NCBI GenBank assembly: GCA_950097015.1
Contig: CATNEN010000001.1
Span: forward strand, 372,001 to 436,000
Source: Macrostomum hystrix
Taxonomy: Eukaryota; Animalia; Platyhelminthes
Direction: 5' to 3'
Length of the DNA: 64,000 nucleotides
Positions 1 to 12,455 of this stretch are shown one piece after another. How positions within the stretch are numbered: position 1 is the first letter of the stretch; every line of letters begins with the position of its first letter. The position numbers were made by a program, and so were the translations under genes. The notes beneath the pieces are model-generated. The model did not search any database and was not told the origin of the DNA. It saw nothing but the letters and a program-made list of their open reading frames with translations.

Positions 1-602
1 ATGTCAGACAGCAACTCGCTTTGCTGCGTGACTTGAGCTGGTGCAGGTGCACTGCACGCTGCTTGACTGCCATGGCTCATCTGAAGTTCGGGGAGACAGA
101 CAAGGCTAAGCAAGCCATCAAGGATCTCGAGGGTCACGTTGTGCAGCGAGGTTGGAGCCCGACGGATTTCAACGATGCCTCGGTAACGCTGAGTGGCGAT
201 TGGAACTGGCCGAAAGACAAGGACTGGGCGTGGCGGTTCTGTGTGCCAACCAATGCGCAGCCGCGATTCGAGTTCCTGCCTGAGTTCACGCAGACTCTGT
301 TCACGGCGAAGCTTTCGCAGCCGCAGTCGGCACATCTCTACGCAAACTTCCGCTGCGTGAGCTGGAGTCTGCAGGCCGAGCTGCTTGGCGTCTGCGAGGT
401 AGCCAGCTGGCATCGACAGTTGAGCGAGGATCCGGACTTCGAGGAGCTGCTGACTCTGGCTCACTACAGCGGCAACCTCCAGGATCTCATATTCTGCAAG
501 GAGCAGATGCAGAAAATCAAGGAGGAGCGACGCATCGCAATGGATGAACAGGGGGAGAACATAATAGATTCTGTTTTAGCGAAAATCGCCAGCCTTTACT
601 GA
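1..602 (+). CDS. 3' portion of an uncharacterized protein-coding gene (helical, possibly TPR-like segment)
   Basis: GC-rich, coding-like ORF ending TGA at 600-602, followed by AT-rich UTR-like sequence. The 5' end probably lies outside the window. No family recognised. Confidence 0.6.
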   Translation, partial: VRQQLALLRDLSWCRCTARCLTAMAHLKFGETDKAKQAIKDLEGHVVQRGWSPTDFNDASVTLSGDWNWPKDKDWAWRFCVPTNAQPRFEFLPEFTQTLFTAKLSQPQSAHLYANFRCVSWSLQAELLGVCEVASWHRQLSEDPDFEELLTLAHYSGNLQDLIFCKEQMQKIKEERRIAMDEQGENIIDSVLAKIASLY

Positions 603-1237
603 TAAAAGCACTTCAAAGCAGTTCAAAGCGCTATAGATAATTACTACTAAATACTCCTTCTGAAGTATTTGTAAGATATTTTAGTAGCTCCTCGTGGTCT
701 TGTTTGCTGCTATGCTGAAGCTATCTTTTTTTAATCAGATTTTGAATCAAACTTCACTGACTTTATGTATGATTTTTGCTGTTTAATACAAATTTGTAAG
801 CAGCCAACACTATGTAGTCAACTCTATTCTACTCAAACTTTCTGAGCAGGAAAGACCATTACAAATCTACATCATAAAATAAAAATTAGATGTATAATGA
901 AAATTTTTGCCATAATGTAAGCATGATTCATTGAAAATCAATTTTCGAGTTACGTGATTTTTTATTAATAGCAATTTCCAAAGCCCACTACTTGCAGTAA
1001 GCGGATATGTCATCAGATTCATTTAAAAAACTAATTCTGCGAAAAATCAGAGTATTAAATAAATTCTCGCTTTTTTGCGTAAATCTGTTTATAGTGCACT
1101 TTCTACAGATTTTGTCCATTGCGAGATATTATTTAGTAACAATTCTTTGAAGCATCGATTTACCTTTAACTAAAACTGAAATCAAAATAATTAAATTTGC
1201 GAGTTCGTTTGAGCCTGGGTCATTGTCAGTTTCGTAT

Positions 1238-1636
1238 TCAAGCTGCTGGACCACCTCCTTGACTAGATACTAAACTCAGAAGTCGCTCCTCCAGCTCTTG
1301 AAGCTTCTCAGAGAACTCGCGCTTCGTTTCTCGAATCTCCGCTTTGAGATTGGCATTCTCCGATTGCACGCGATTCAGAGTCTCGTCCATAGACACTACT
1401 CTCTTCTCCATTGTGCCCAGTCGCTCCTTGATATGACAAACTTCCTCTATCGCCAGACGAGAGTGTCTCTCAGCACCGTCAGAGTGATGCTGCCGCATTT
1501 TCACACCGTCGAGTGACTGGTATGTGCAGCCGAGAGGCGCAAACGCACAATGAGTCTCAAAGTTGGGCACAAACCCTTGATGATCTGTAGATCCAACGCT
1601 GCTTGTTGAACCACCAGGGTAGCTCTCGGCTGACAT
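1238..1636 (-). CDS. Small TRAF-like protein: one TRAF-type zinc finger plus coiled coil
   Basis: CAFAPLGC-x12-H-x7-H matches the last TRAF zinc finger (C-x6-C-x11/12-H-x7-H) and is followed by a heptad coiled coil. Probable 5'UTR intron at about 1670-2605 (donor cag|gtacg, acceptor ctaacag). Confidence 0.7.
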   Translation of the reverse strand: MSAESYPGGSTSSVGSTDHQGFVPNFETHCAFAPLGCTYQSLDGVKMRQHHSDGAERHSRLAIEEVCHIKERLGTMEKRVVSMDETLNRVQSENANLKAEIRETKREFSEKLQELEERLLSLVSSQGGGPAA

Positions 1637-1681
1637 CTCGGTCTAAATTTGTGCTTTATTGATATTTTCCTGTTAGACGGG

Positions 1682-2545
1682 ATACTGATAGATATGGGAT
1701 AGTGTCCTGATAGATATGGGATATTTTCCTGATAGATATGGGATAGTGTCCTGATAGATATGGGATAGTGTCCTGATAGATATGGGATAGTGTCCTGATA
1801 GATGTGGGATAGTGTCCTGATAGATATGGGATAGTGTCCTGATAGATATGGGATTGTGTCCTGATAGATATGGGATAGTGTCCTGATAGATATGGGATAG
1901 TGTCCTGATAGATATGGGATAGTGTCCTGATAGATATGGGATAGTGTCCTGATAGATATGGGATAGTGCCCTGATAGATATGTGATAGTGTCCTGATAGA
2001 TATGGGATAGTGTCCTGATAGATATGGGATAGTGTCCTGATAGATATGGGATAGTGTCCTGATAGATATGGGATAGTGTCCTGATAGATATGGGATAGTG
2101 TCCTGATAGATATGGGATAGTGTCCTGATAGATATGGGATAGTGTCCTGATAGATATGGGATAGTGTCCTGATAGATATGGGATAGTGTCCTGATAGATA
2201 TGGGATAGTGTCCTGATAGATGTGGGATAGTGTCCTGATAGATATGGGATAGTGTCCTGATAGATATGGGATAGTGTCCTGATAGATATGGGATAGTGTC
2301 CTGATAGATATGGGATAGTGTCCTGATAGATGTGGGATAGTATCCTGATAGATATGGGATTGTGTCCTGATAGATATGGGATAGTATCCTGATAGATATG
2401 GGATAGTGTCCTGATAGATATGGGATAGTGTCCTGATAGATATGGGATAGTGTCCTGATAGATGTGGGATAGTGTCCTGATAGATATGGGATAGTGTCCT
2501 GATAGATATGGGATAGTGTCCTGATAGATGTGGGATAGTATCCTG
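1682..2545. repeat. 22-bp minisatellite (gatagatatgggatagtgtcct)n
   Basis: About 39 near-identical tandem units read directly. Confidence 0.97.
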
Positions 2546-2935
2546 TACATGGGTATGTTGGTTGCAACATGTAGCTATAAATTAATTGTTAAAATACAAA
2601 CGTACCTGGGACTTCAAGCAAATGCTTTAAAGTTTAACAATTCGATGACAAATAAAAAAAACAGAATATTTTAAGTTAAATTAACCGCATGCGATATTTA
2701 TGCCTGGCACAAGTGAGATAGCTGATATCTGTGCATTTAGCTGAAACATAAACTGACAGCAATTAAATATTGGCTAATACAACAATTTTTGCCACCCCTT
2801 TAAAACAGTGACGAATAAAAGTTATTTAATATAATCAAAATTTGCATAAATTTCTGGTTTTTAGTCTGCTGATCGTGCTTTACAGTTTGTAGTTTATCTG
2901 CTTGACCAAATTTTAATTTGTATAGTGTGCACGAC

Positions 2936-3385
2936 TGAAACAAGTGACCTTGAGGATGGAGAATTGAAGCCTTGAGCTTTCCATTTGAAACAAATGACCT
3001 TGAGGAAGGAGTATTGAAGCCTTGAGCTTTCCATTTTAAACAAGTGACCTTGAGGAATTAGTAATGTCCCACCGGGAAGGCTTCAATTCTCTTGAGCTTT
3101 CCATTTGAAACAAGTGACCTTGAGGAAGGAGAATTGAAGCCTTGAGCTTTCCATTTGAAACAAGTGACCTTGAGGAAGGAGAATTGAAGCCTTGAGCTTT
3201 CTATTTGAAACAAGTGACCTTGAGGAATTAGTAATGTCCCACCGGGAAGGCTTCAATTCTCTTGAGCTTTCCATTTGAAACAAGTGACCTTGAGGAAGGA
3301 GAATTGAAGCCTTGAGCTTTCCATTTTTAACAAATGACCTTGAGGAAGGAGATTTGAAGCCTTGAGCTTTCCATTTGACCTTGAG
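2936..3385. repeat. 50/70-bp tandem repeat with A-A-B higher-order structure
   Basis: Unit A is tgaaacaagtgaccttgaggaaggagaattgaagccttgagctttccatt. Unit B is a 70-bp variant. Confidence 0.93.
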
Positions 3386-4001
3386 TTCGAAGTTTCGACT
3401 CCTGTATGAATCACAAGGACATCACAGATGGCAGTTTTATATTTTCATACAGGAACTTGTGAAAATAGGCAGTTTATGCCGTATGTGACGGAATGGGACC
3501 ATAAATTGTATTTTCGATTAGGAAGTCTAACTCAAGGACGAAATTCGCTTTTAATTAGTAGTATGCAACGCATATGAAAATATCGTCAATAAACTGTCTC
3601 AAAGCGTATGTTAAAATTCGCGCTATTGAAAATCAAATAAAAATGTTTGCGCGTGAATAAAGCAAAGAAGCAAAAAAGCAACAATAAATTTACTAAAGAG
3701 GGACAAAAAATTGCTGTATCATCATCACAGAGAAGCAGCCAAGCGTGTTTGGTGTTAAAACTATATAGTGCAAAGATACGCTGGAAATTACAAACGCCAT
3801 TGAAGCGCGATTCACGCTAAATCCGACGCATAGTCGCGCAATTCCTTTGAGTACAGGGCCGCCTTATCAACTGCAGATGAGTAAGCCAGACTACCATTTG
3901 CGTAGGGTCCATTGTGCTGCGAATTTGGGGGTGGAATGGTTGAGCGTTTGAGGATGTGGAGCCGATATCATCTAAGATTCAGTTTCTGAGGCCAGTTCCA
4001 A

Positions 4002-5988
4002 TTATCTTCTTACCATTCGGCCAGCTGCTGCTTCGCGCCCTCCGAGTCGCTTTGAAGCCGCGGCCCATCGATCTAAATCCTCGGCTGCGCCAGGGCTCAG
4101 GTCGGGCAACGAACCGCCGCTTTTGCCGCCCCCGCCACCTCCGCCGCCGCCACCGCCTCCGTTACTTTGATATCGACCGCCTCCAATGTGATAAGGCGGC
4201 GGTGGCTGCTGCTGATGCTGCTGATGATGCATAGTTAACGGAGGCTGGGAGAATGTGGACGAAGCTATGGACGCGGTCGTAGAAGAAGGACCGCGTCGCA
4301 GAGGCGGCTTGCTTGACAACTGAAGCGTCGATGGAGGCGGTCGCTGCTGCTGTTTGATGTTGACGCCAACGGCGCTGCTGGAGCGATTGTTACTGGCCCA
4401 TCGAGCTAGATCTGCCTCTAGGGCAGCGCTTCCGTCGTTGCCAACCGTATCGCCTCTGCTGGTATCCAGGTTAGTGGTTAGCGCCGCCAGGTCGAGCTGC
4501 ATTCGCTCGTACATTCCGCGTAGCTGCTGCAGCTCAGCGTCCGTCCGCTCCTGCTTGAGGCGCTGGCTCTGCGCCAGCTCGTCCTTGCGTCGCTCCCGTT
4601 CAACTCCGAGTTGGCAGTCCTTCTGCAGCTGGTCCACCTGCTGTTGGAGTCGCTCGTTGACACGGAGCAGGTCGCGACTCTCGCCAGCCAGTTTGCGAAT
4701 TTCGGCGCGCAGCTGCTCATTCTCACGGCGCTGTTCTTCCAGCTGGCGTTGAAGATCGTTACGCGACGCATCGCTGGCCTTCAGACGGTGCAGCAGCTGG
4801 TGCAGGTTCTGGGCAGCGGTGTGCACATCCTGCTCGAGCTGGCCCGCCCGAGACTCCACCTGGACGAGTTGAGAGCTGGTCTCGCGAAGTCGTCGATCCA
4901 GCTGGTAGTTGGTGTCCTCCAGCTCTTCGCAGGTGCTGCGCAGTCCTGTACCTTCGTCCTGCAGGTGATCCAGCTGCTTCTGCAGCTCCTGAACTTGGAG
5001 GGCGCGCTCCTCGGACTGTTTGACAGCCTCGTCCAGGCGAGACATCGCCGACTTTAGCTGCGGTTTATGTACGAGGTGTGGCATGAGATTAAAATGAAAG
5101 CATCTATAATGTAATATAGCTCGTACATTTCTGCTATCGTAGGTAACGCTTTTACCTCTCGCACCAAGGTCACCTGTGTGAGCGTGTGCCTGCGTACGGT
5201 ATCTGTGTGCGCGTGTGCTCATGAGTCAGCGAAATGGGCAGAATTGCCTCCTCGCTGGCTGCAGGTCTAGATGTGCCATTGCATGCAGCCCTCATAAGCT
5301 TGTCGTACAAAAAATATTTCGAAAACATTAAATTTAGCTGTGTCTCACACTTGACGAGCCAAAAACGCTATTAAGAGAAATATTTAGGGCTTAATTATTT
5401 TTCATTCTCAATGTAGAGCTGCTTTCGTATGCTGCTTTTTAAGGAAATTTCGTCACGTTTATAATTTTATAGTCTGTGAGTACTAAAAATTCTTACCTGA
5501 CTATTCTTATCCTGCAGATCTTGGTCCTTCTGTCTGAGCTTCTCTTCAATAACAATGAGTCTTTTACGATCAGCTTCCCAGTTGCTGAGCTGTTTCTGGT
5601 GCGAGTTGACGAGCTCATTGAGCTCAGTGTCTCGCTCTCGAAGCTCCGAGACTAGCAGCTGGAGTTCTTTGCGCTGTTTCACAATGACGCCATTCTCAAA
5701 GTCGGAACTGCCCGACTGAAATGGGTTTTGAATTTCGTTTGCTGTTATTCTTCATTTTTTCAGCTTACAATTATGGCTTCCGACTTTACTCGGCGAACTC
5801 ACGTAGCCATTTTTGTGATGCTCCGCGCCTGATGAAGTCCGTCTCGAACGCATCATGCCCAGTTTCTTGGCGCCGCCTTTTTGCTTACAGCCTTCGCTCT
5901 TAGACGCTTGAGTTGCGGCTAGCAGAACGGTCGTGTCGGCGGCTAGTTGGCTGTTTATCTTCTTGAGCAGATGCTCAACTGATCCAGT
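4002..5988 (-). CDS. CCDC62: Coiled-coil domain-containing protein 62-like (exons 5803-5988, 5497-5715, 4002-5057)
   Basis: VKQRKELQLLVSELRERDTELNELVNSHQKQLSNWEADRKR and VERERRKDELAQSQRLKQERTDAELQQLR match recalled CCDC62 motifs. GT-AG introns, all phase 0. Confidence 0.8.
5172..5293 (+). mobile_element. SINE family 1, 3' fragment in CCDC62 intron
   Basis: Shares gtcagcgaaatgggcagaattgcctcctcgctggctgc with the other copies. Confidence 0.8.
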
Positions 5989-6915
5989 CTGCAGAAGAAA
6001 AAGTGTGTTCGCTCCCAAGTTAATCAACGCTGAAACTTACACGGCAAATAGTGGCAGAAATTGTTCTTCCAGCAAGCTATTACTCTCGGTGCATTGGTGA
6101 GGCAATATATCAGTAAAGAGGGCCAGAGTGAGAGAGAGAAATATTCGTACAGAGTGTAGGTGAGCAAGTGAGACAGCCAGAATTAGTAAGAAAAGGAAAG
6201 CAGATGAAATATTGGCTGCAGTATTTGAGTCGCTTTGAGAATTTCAGCACTCTCAGGTATTATCGAATCCGCTGGTTTGAGGTGGGGCTCCCACACTCAA
6301 AGCCTTTGGCCACTACTCCATTCTTTACTGCGGCTATGAAAGAAGAATTAGATTTTTCCTGCCATTCGCACACTTTTTAAGTCTGCTTGTGCCTTAGCCC
6401 CCTGGGCCATGACCAATTTGTATTGCGATAGAAGCCAGTTAAAGTTACTCCGTTTCTTTAGAAATACTCGAGTTGACATGTACGCTAGAATGAAAAACTA
6501 TAGTATGTGGTTTGAACGTGACTTTTTGGAAGTTTGACTTGCATTTCACAATACGATTCTTTGGCGCTCAAGTACTTTAGTTTCTTTGATTAAATGCAAA
6601 TTAAAGCTATTCACAAGCTGTCTTGGATAAGTGCTTTCTCATAAGAACCTGAAGTGGCTCTGCAGTGGTGTCTACAGATGGTTACTACTTCACAGTCATC
6701 ATTCACTATGAGACTCGTGTGAAAGACAGAGCGTGATATTTGGTTACAAGTAATGGTCTAGTATCGTTAGTGCGGTTTGATTGTGCGAAATAAAAGTTCA
6801 AAAGAAGCTATTGAAGTGGCTACTTCAGACGAAAACCACTCAGTTAAGCGTTTATTCGCCAAAGAGGTCTTTTGGAACTAGTTTTTACGAGCTAAATCCA
6901 ATATGGATCACATTA

Positions 6916-7250
6916 ATAAGAATAATAATTGCAGGAGGGCTGCGAGCAGTGGCACATCACTTAGGAGGCAATTCTGCCCATTTCGCTGACTCCTGAGCAC
7001 ACACAGATACTGTCCACAGGCATACGCTCACACAGGTGTGTACATCTGCCCTGACTTTCTCATCGTCAGGCAGTGTACACTCTCACTGTGCCTTGGAGGT
7101 TGGCCCTCAAGGGCGTAAATTGCACGACAAGCCCCCCAAGCCTTCTCTCCGCGGCTGCGCCCCAAATAAATGTGGCCTCGCCGTGGAATCGAACTTAGGG
7201 ACCGTGGTGCGAGAGGCAAACGCGATAACCGCTCTGCCACCGAGCCCCTA
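6916..7250 (-). mobile_element. tRNA-derived SINE family 1, full length with 13-bp TSD
   Basis: Minus strand begins with A box TGGCAGAGCGG and B box GTTCGATTCC and ends in an (ATT)n tail. TSD atggatcacatta at 6903-6915 and 7251-7263. Confidence 0.9.
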
Positions 7251-7294
7251 ATGGATCACATTACGTACATGTGCACTCACAAATACGTATAACA

Positions 7295-7490
7295 CATACT
7301 TCACACAGGTGTGTACATCTGCCTGAATTTCTTATTTCCAGGCATACGCTCGTACATTGTACACTCACAGTGCCTTGGAGATTGGCCCTCAAGGTCGTAA
7401 ATTTCACGACATCCCCAAACAAATGTGTCCTCGCCGCGGAATACCCTCTGCCTACTTCGCGGCTTTTCACGATGGCTCCCGAACCGAGTG
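7295..7490 (-). mobile_element. SINE family 1, degenerate copy
   Basis: Similar to the adjacent copy (gtgccttggagattggccctcaagg...aaatgtgtcctcgccgcggaat). Confidence 0.75.
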
Positions 7491-8714
7491 ACCAATTTTC
7501 GTGAAGGTCCAACATCTGATTCAAAATCCGCCCTTCATGATAAGCGAACGTTCCGAGCTTATCAGCGTCATCGAGATATTAATAAATTCTTGTCGGAGAC
7601 CCTGGTGACAAGGACAGCTAACATTGCTCTGTGTAAACCTCTAATGCTGAATCTTAAAAAGTTGTTTCATCGGATAGAGCGGAATTCTCATGTCTATTGA
7701 TTGAGTAATCTGGGAGATACAGAAAGAAGAAAAATAACTTTGTTTTTACAATGTTAATTACATATTAGAGAAACCTTACCATTTTTTCTCTACCGTTTAG
7801 TTATTGCGCATGTCTCAACTCATATAATAAATTTCTTTGAAAAGCAGCAATTTAGATACACTGTGAATTGCGCTGTTTGCATATTGGTTTTGTGGTAATT
7901 TTGTTCAAATATTTCCCTCTCTCTGTTGCAACAGGCTCGAAAGCAATGGACTTGTGTTGACTGATGTGTCAAACCTTGTGTTGCTAAGCACAACAGAACA
8001 CTGAACTGTTCTCATAGAAGAAACGAGAGTTGAATTTTGGAGAGAAAAACGTTAGCAAAGAGAAACTAACAGTTGTTGGTTTGAGAACTGCATTGAGTTA
8101 AGAACTGTTCCAGTTTTTTGTCGAATGATTGCACCACTTATTATCTCAATTTGATGCAGCTCATATTAATTTCTTGACGGCGACATGTTGACGGCTAGTC
8201 AAGCAAAAACTGCTCAAATTGAAGCAATTTGTACTCACAGAGAGAGAAACATACAATACACTGATGAAACACAGCAATGACCCCATGCTGCTTTGATGAA
8301 CCGACAGAAATGTTTTATAAAGAGCCCAAATAGCCTTGCAGCCAGGCAGCCTGAACCAAAGTTTTTCTTCTCAAACAATATCAGAATAGCTGGGTCTCAT
8401 GCATAGCTTACCTTCCAAGCTTATAGCTACAGTCCTTGTCTGTAGGTAGAAAAACTATTCTAATTATACTCCGCCTATTGTTGGCTATTGTTAGAAAAAT
8501 ATTGAGTCTATATCTTTTCTCTATTGCTCATCAAATTTTCCTACTTGCAGTCTGCCGGGTTAATCTTAGACGCCAATCTCGACATTGCCAAGTCTAGGGG
8601 GCGTTAGCGAAGGCAATTCAGGAAAAACTATAGAAGTAAGTAAATATGCGCTATATACTACTTGTTCTGATACTTCAGTAGAAACTTGGCAAAAAATATA
8701 TTTGATTACAACTG

Positions 8715-9000
8715 CTCCAATTGGCCCAGATGTGCAGCCGACAGCACAGCCGCAGCTATTGCGCAGCGCATCTGAAGACTGCGTACAGCTGTTCAGTCCA
8801 TGGACTGGGGGGGGGGACGGCAGACCCACCCTCAGTTACCCCAGCTGATGCTGGCACCCATTTAAAAGCTGGGTGAACTGAAGCAGTGCAGAGTTAAGTG
8901 TCTTGCTAAAAGGACAAATGAATCATGCGGAGTCGGGGATCGAACCCATGACCTTCAAGTAGTGAGTCCGACGTTCTAACCGCTAGCTGCTACAACCCCG
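8715..9000 (-). mobile_element. tRNA-derived CORE-SINE (family 2)
   Basis: Minus strand has a tRNA-like head (ggggttgtagcagctagcggttagaacg...ggttcgatcccc). It is followed by tgtccttttagcaagacacttaactctgcactgcttcagttcacccagcttttaaatggg, which resembles the CORE/MIR domain. Confidence 0.8.
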
Positions 9001-9054
9001 TGGTAGTATAGGCTACAAATCATGCTAATCAGAGTACTATAGGGTGTATGTGAA

Positions 9055-9175
9055 TGGTATCTCCGAGGCGAGGCCACATTCATTTGTGGTGCAGCCGCTG
9101 AGGCTTGGAAAGAAGGCTTGTCTTGCAAGGGCCAACCTCCAAGGCACAGTGAGGGTGTACACTGCCTGACACTGA
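9055..9175 (+). mobile_element. SINE family 1, internal fragment
   Basis: gcgaggccacattcattt...gggccaacctccaaggcacagtgag...gtgtacactgcctgac shared with the family. Confidence 0.7.
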
Positions 9176-9376
9176 ATGCCTGAATACGTGTTAATGAGCT
9201 ACATGTAGATTTTTCTGTTTCTACAATTTATTAAATCTTAGAAGTCAATTAGTATTTGCATTGCTCTCAAAATGCAGTGGCTCGAGTTTGAGTTCATTAA
9301 ATATAAATTATTGTTTACTTTGCTGTTAGGACCCTGCCAGATTTGCTTGCTTTCCTTAAAAATAGCAGAAGTAAAA

Positions 9377-9544
<168 letters not shown>

Positions 9545-10074
9545 GTGTTAGTTCTAGCATCACCGTTAAATCCCCACTTTTGTAATCAATCAAATTTACG
9601 ACAATATTTTAAGCAATTGTTGAAATATCGACTCAGCTTTCATACTGCATTAAGCAGAAAATTTCAGTGAACAAATACCGCTTTTGAAATAATTTGCTTA
9701 CAATCTAGATAGGGACTTTTTTACTTCTGCATTTTCCAGCAATGCGGGCTCACATTTTCCTGGCATTCTAAAACCCGTTCGTCATCCATACCCATTGTCA
9801 TTTCATCATCTACATTACTCACTGCAGCTGTTGCACTGAATATTTTTCCATCTATTTTTCCTGTCACACAAAGCAGTTGCTTCTCAACTGCCTAAATGAC
9901 TATAATGTAAGGAGAGGACTGGAAAAAATCGATATTTTTTTCACCGCTATACAAAAAAATGTTGGAAGACGACTGTATGAGAAGTGTTTAATGCCACATT
10001 CAGCTGGTTTCTTGAAGGAATTTGAAATTTTAAACATTCTTACTCCAGTATGACCAATTCGAACATTAAAACTG

Positions 10075-12122
10075 TCATTACTCCGTCCTCGAAGTCACTT
10101 GAGTCGGTCATTACCCCATTCTAATGGTCATTTGATTTGGTCATTACCCATTCCTAGAATCATTCGAGTTGGTCATTGCCCCATTCTTAGAGTCATTTGA
10201 GTCGGTCATTACCCCATTCTAATGGTCATTTGAATCCGTCATTACCCATTCCTAGAATCATTTGAGTTGGTCATTGCCCCATTCTTAGAGTCATTTGAGT
10301 CGGTCATTACCCCATTCTAATGGTCATTTGAATCCGTCATTACCCATTCCTAGAATCATTTGAGTTGGTCATTACCACACTATAATTGTCATTAGAATCG
10401 GTCATTACCACGCTCTAACTGTCATTAGAATCGGTCATTACCGCACCCTAACTGTCATTAGAATCGGTCATTACCACACTCTAACTGTCATTAGAATCGG
10501 TCATTACCACACTCTAACTGTCATTAGAATCGGTCATTACCACACTATAACTGTCATTAGAATCGGTCATTACCGCATTTGCAAAGTCATTTGAGTTGCT
10601 CCTTAGCTCATTCTATTAGTCATTTGGGTCCGTCATTACTTTATTTTAATAGTCATTTGAATCGTTCATTACCACACTCTAACTGTCATTAGAATCGGTC
10701 ATTACCACACTATAATTGTCATTTGAATCGGTGATTACCACACTCTAACTGTCATTAGAATCGGTCATTACCACACTATAATTGTCATTAGAATCGGTCA
10801 TTACCGCACTATAACTGTCATTAGAATAGGTCATTACCACACTATAATTGTCATTAGAATAGGTCATTACCACACTCTAACTGTCATTAGAATCGGTCAT
10901 TACCACTCTATAATTGTCATTAGAATCAGTCATTAGCACACTCTAATTGTCATTAGAATCGGTCATTACCACACTATAATTGTCATTAGAATCGGTCATT
11001 ACCAAACTCTAATTGTCATTAGAATCGGTCATTACCACACTATAATTGTCATTAGAATCGGTCATTACCGCATTTGCAAAGTCATTTGAGTTGCTCCTTA
11101 GCTCATTCTATTAGTCATTTGGGTCCGTCATTACTTTATTCTAATAGTCATTTGAATCGTTCATTACCACACTCTAACTGTCATTAGAATCGGTCATTAC
11201 CACACTATAATTGTCATTAGAATCGGTCATTACCACACTATAATTGTCATTAGAATCGGTCATTACCACACTATAATTGTCATTAGAATCGGTCATTACC
11301 ACACTATAATTGTCATTAGAAACGGTCATTACCACACTATAATTGTCATTAGAATCGGTCATTACCACACTATAATTGTCATTAGAATCGGTCATTACCA
11401 CACTATAATTGTCATTAGAAACGGTCATTACCACACTATAATTGTCATTAGAATAGGTCATTACCACACTATAATTGTCATTAGAATCGGTCATTACCAC
11501 ACTATAACTGTCATTAGAATCGGTCATTACCACACTATAAATGTCATTAGAATCGGTCATTACCACACCCTAACTGTCATTAGAATCGGTCATTAACACA
11601 CTATAATTGACATTAGAATCGGTCATTACCACACTATAATTGTGATTAGAATCGGTCATTACCACACTATAATTGTCATTAGAATCGGTCATTACCGCAT
11701 TTGCAAAGTCATTTGAGTTGCTCCTTAGCTCATTCTATTAGTCATTTGGGTCCGTCATTACTTTATTCTAATAGTCATTTGAATCGTTCATTACCACACT
11801 CTAACTGTCATTAGAATCGGTCATTACCACACTATAATTGTCATTAGAATCGGTCATTACCACACTATAATTGTCATTAGAATCGGTCATTACCACACTA
11901 TAATTGTGATCAGAATCGGTCATTACGACACTCTAATTGTCATTAGAATCGGTCATTACCACACTATAACTGTCATTAGAATCGGTCATTACAACACTAT
12001 AACTGTCATTAGAATCGGTTATTACCGCATTTGCAAAGTCATTTGAGTTGCTCCTTAGCTCATTTTATTAGTCATTTGGGTCCGTCATTGCTTTATTCTA
12101 ATAGTCATTTGAATCGGTCATC
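10075..12122. repeat. 33-bp minisatellite (gtcattagaatcggtcattaccacactataatt)n with a recurring divergent ~100-bp block
   Basis: Direct reading. The block ccgcatttgcaaagtcatttgag... recurs near 10573, 11068, 11695 and 12024. Confidence 0.95.
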
Positions 12123-12173
12123 GCCTTTGTCATAGCTACATAAATGAACAGAAAAAATCACGCAATATCTTAC

Positions 12174-12455
12174 CGAGAAGTCATCATCTTCACAGGAGCA
12201 TTTGCTGCAGTCGCTATCATCTTGTGACGATTCAATCTCTTGCTGCTGCTGCTGCTTATAACTACTCATAGCAGGTTTATAAGCATCCTTAGACCAAACA
12301 GACGCCCCATTGTTAGCCATCCGGACATTGGCATCAGGCCTTTGTTGAATAATTCGTTGCCATCTTTGCTGACGCCTCTGCCGCAGCTGCCGCAGCTGTT
12401 TCAGCTGCTCTCTCTGCAGCTGTTCTGTGAGTACAGCGGCCTGCTCCAGTGGCAT
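12174..12455 (-). CDS. Probable first coding exon (Q-rich), possibly of the CCDC62-like gene
   Basis: ATG with an upstream in-frame stop, coding-like composition and a strong phase-0 donor (tcg|gtaag) compatible with the phase-0 acceptor at 5988. Confidence 0.5.

Noticed and set aside
1501-2570. 349-aa and 304-aa ORFs
   Set aside because: Translations of the 22-bp minisatellite in a probable UTR intron.
2936-3385. CRISPR-like array (units contain tttgaaac)
   Set aside because: No unique spacers, no cas genes, eukaryotic context.
7035-7085. Functional hammerhead ribozyme in SINE family 1
   Set aside because: Core-like words are present but stems II and III are absent and the stem I register does not fit; kept only as a hairpin observation.
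7920-8645. Plus-strand splice-like signals (acceptor 8550, donor 8636) suggesting an antisense lncRNA
   Set aside because: No ORF or other support; could be chance motifs.
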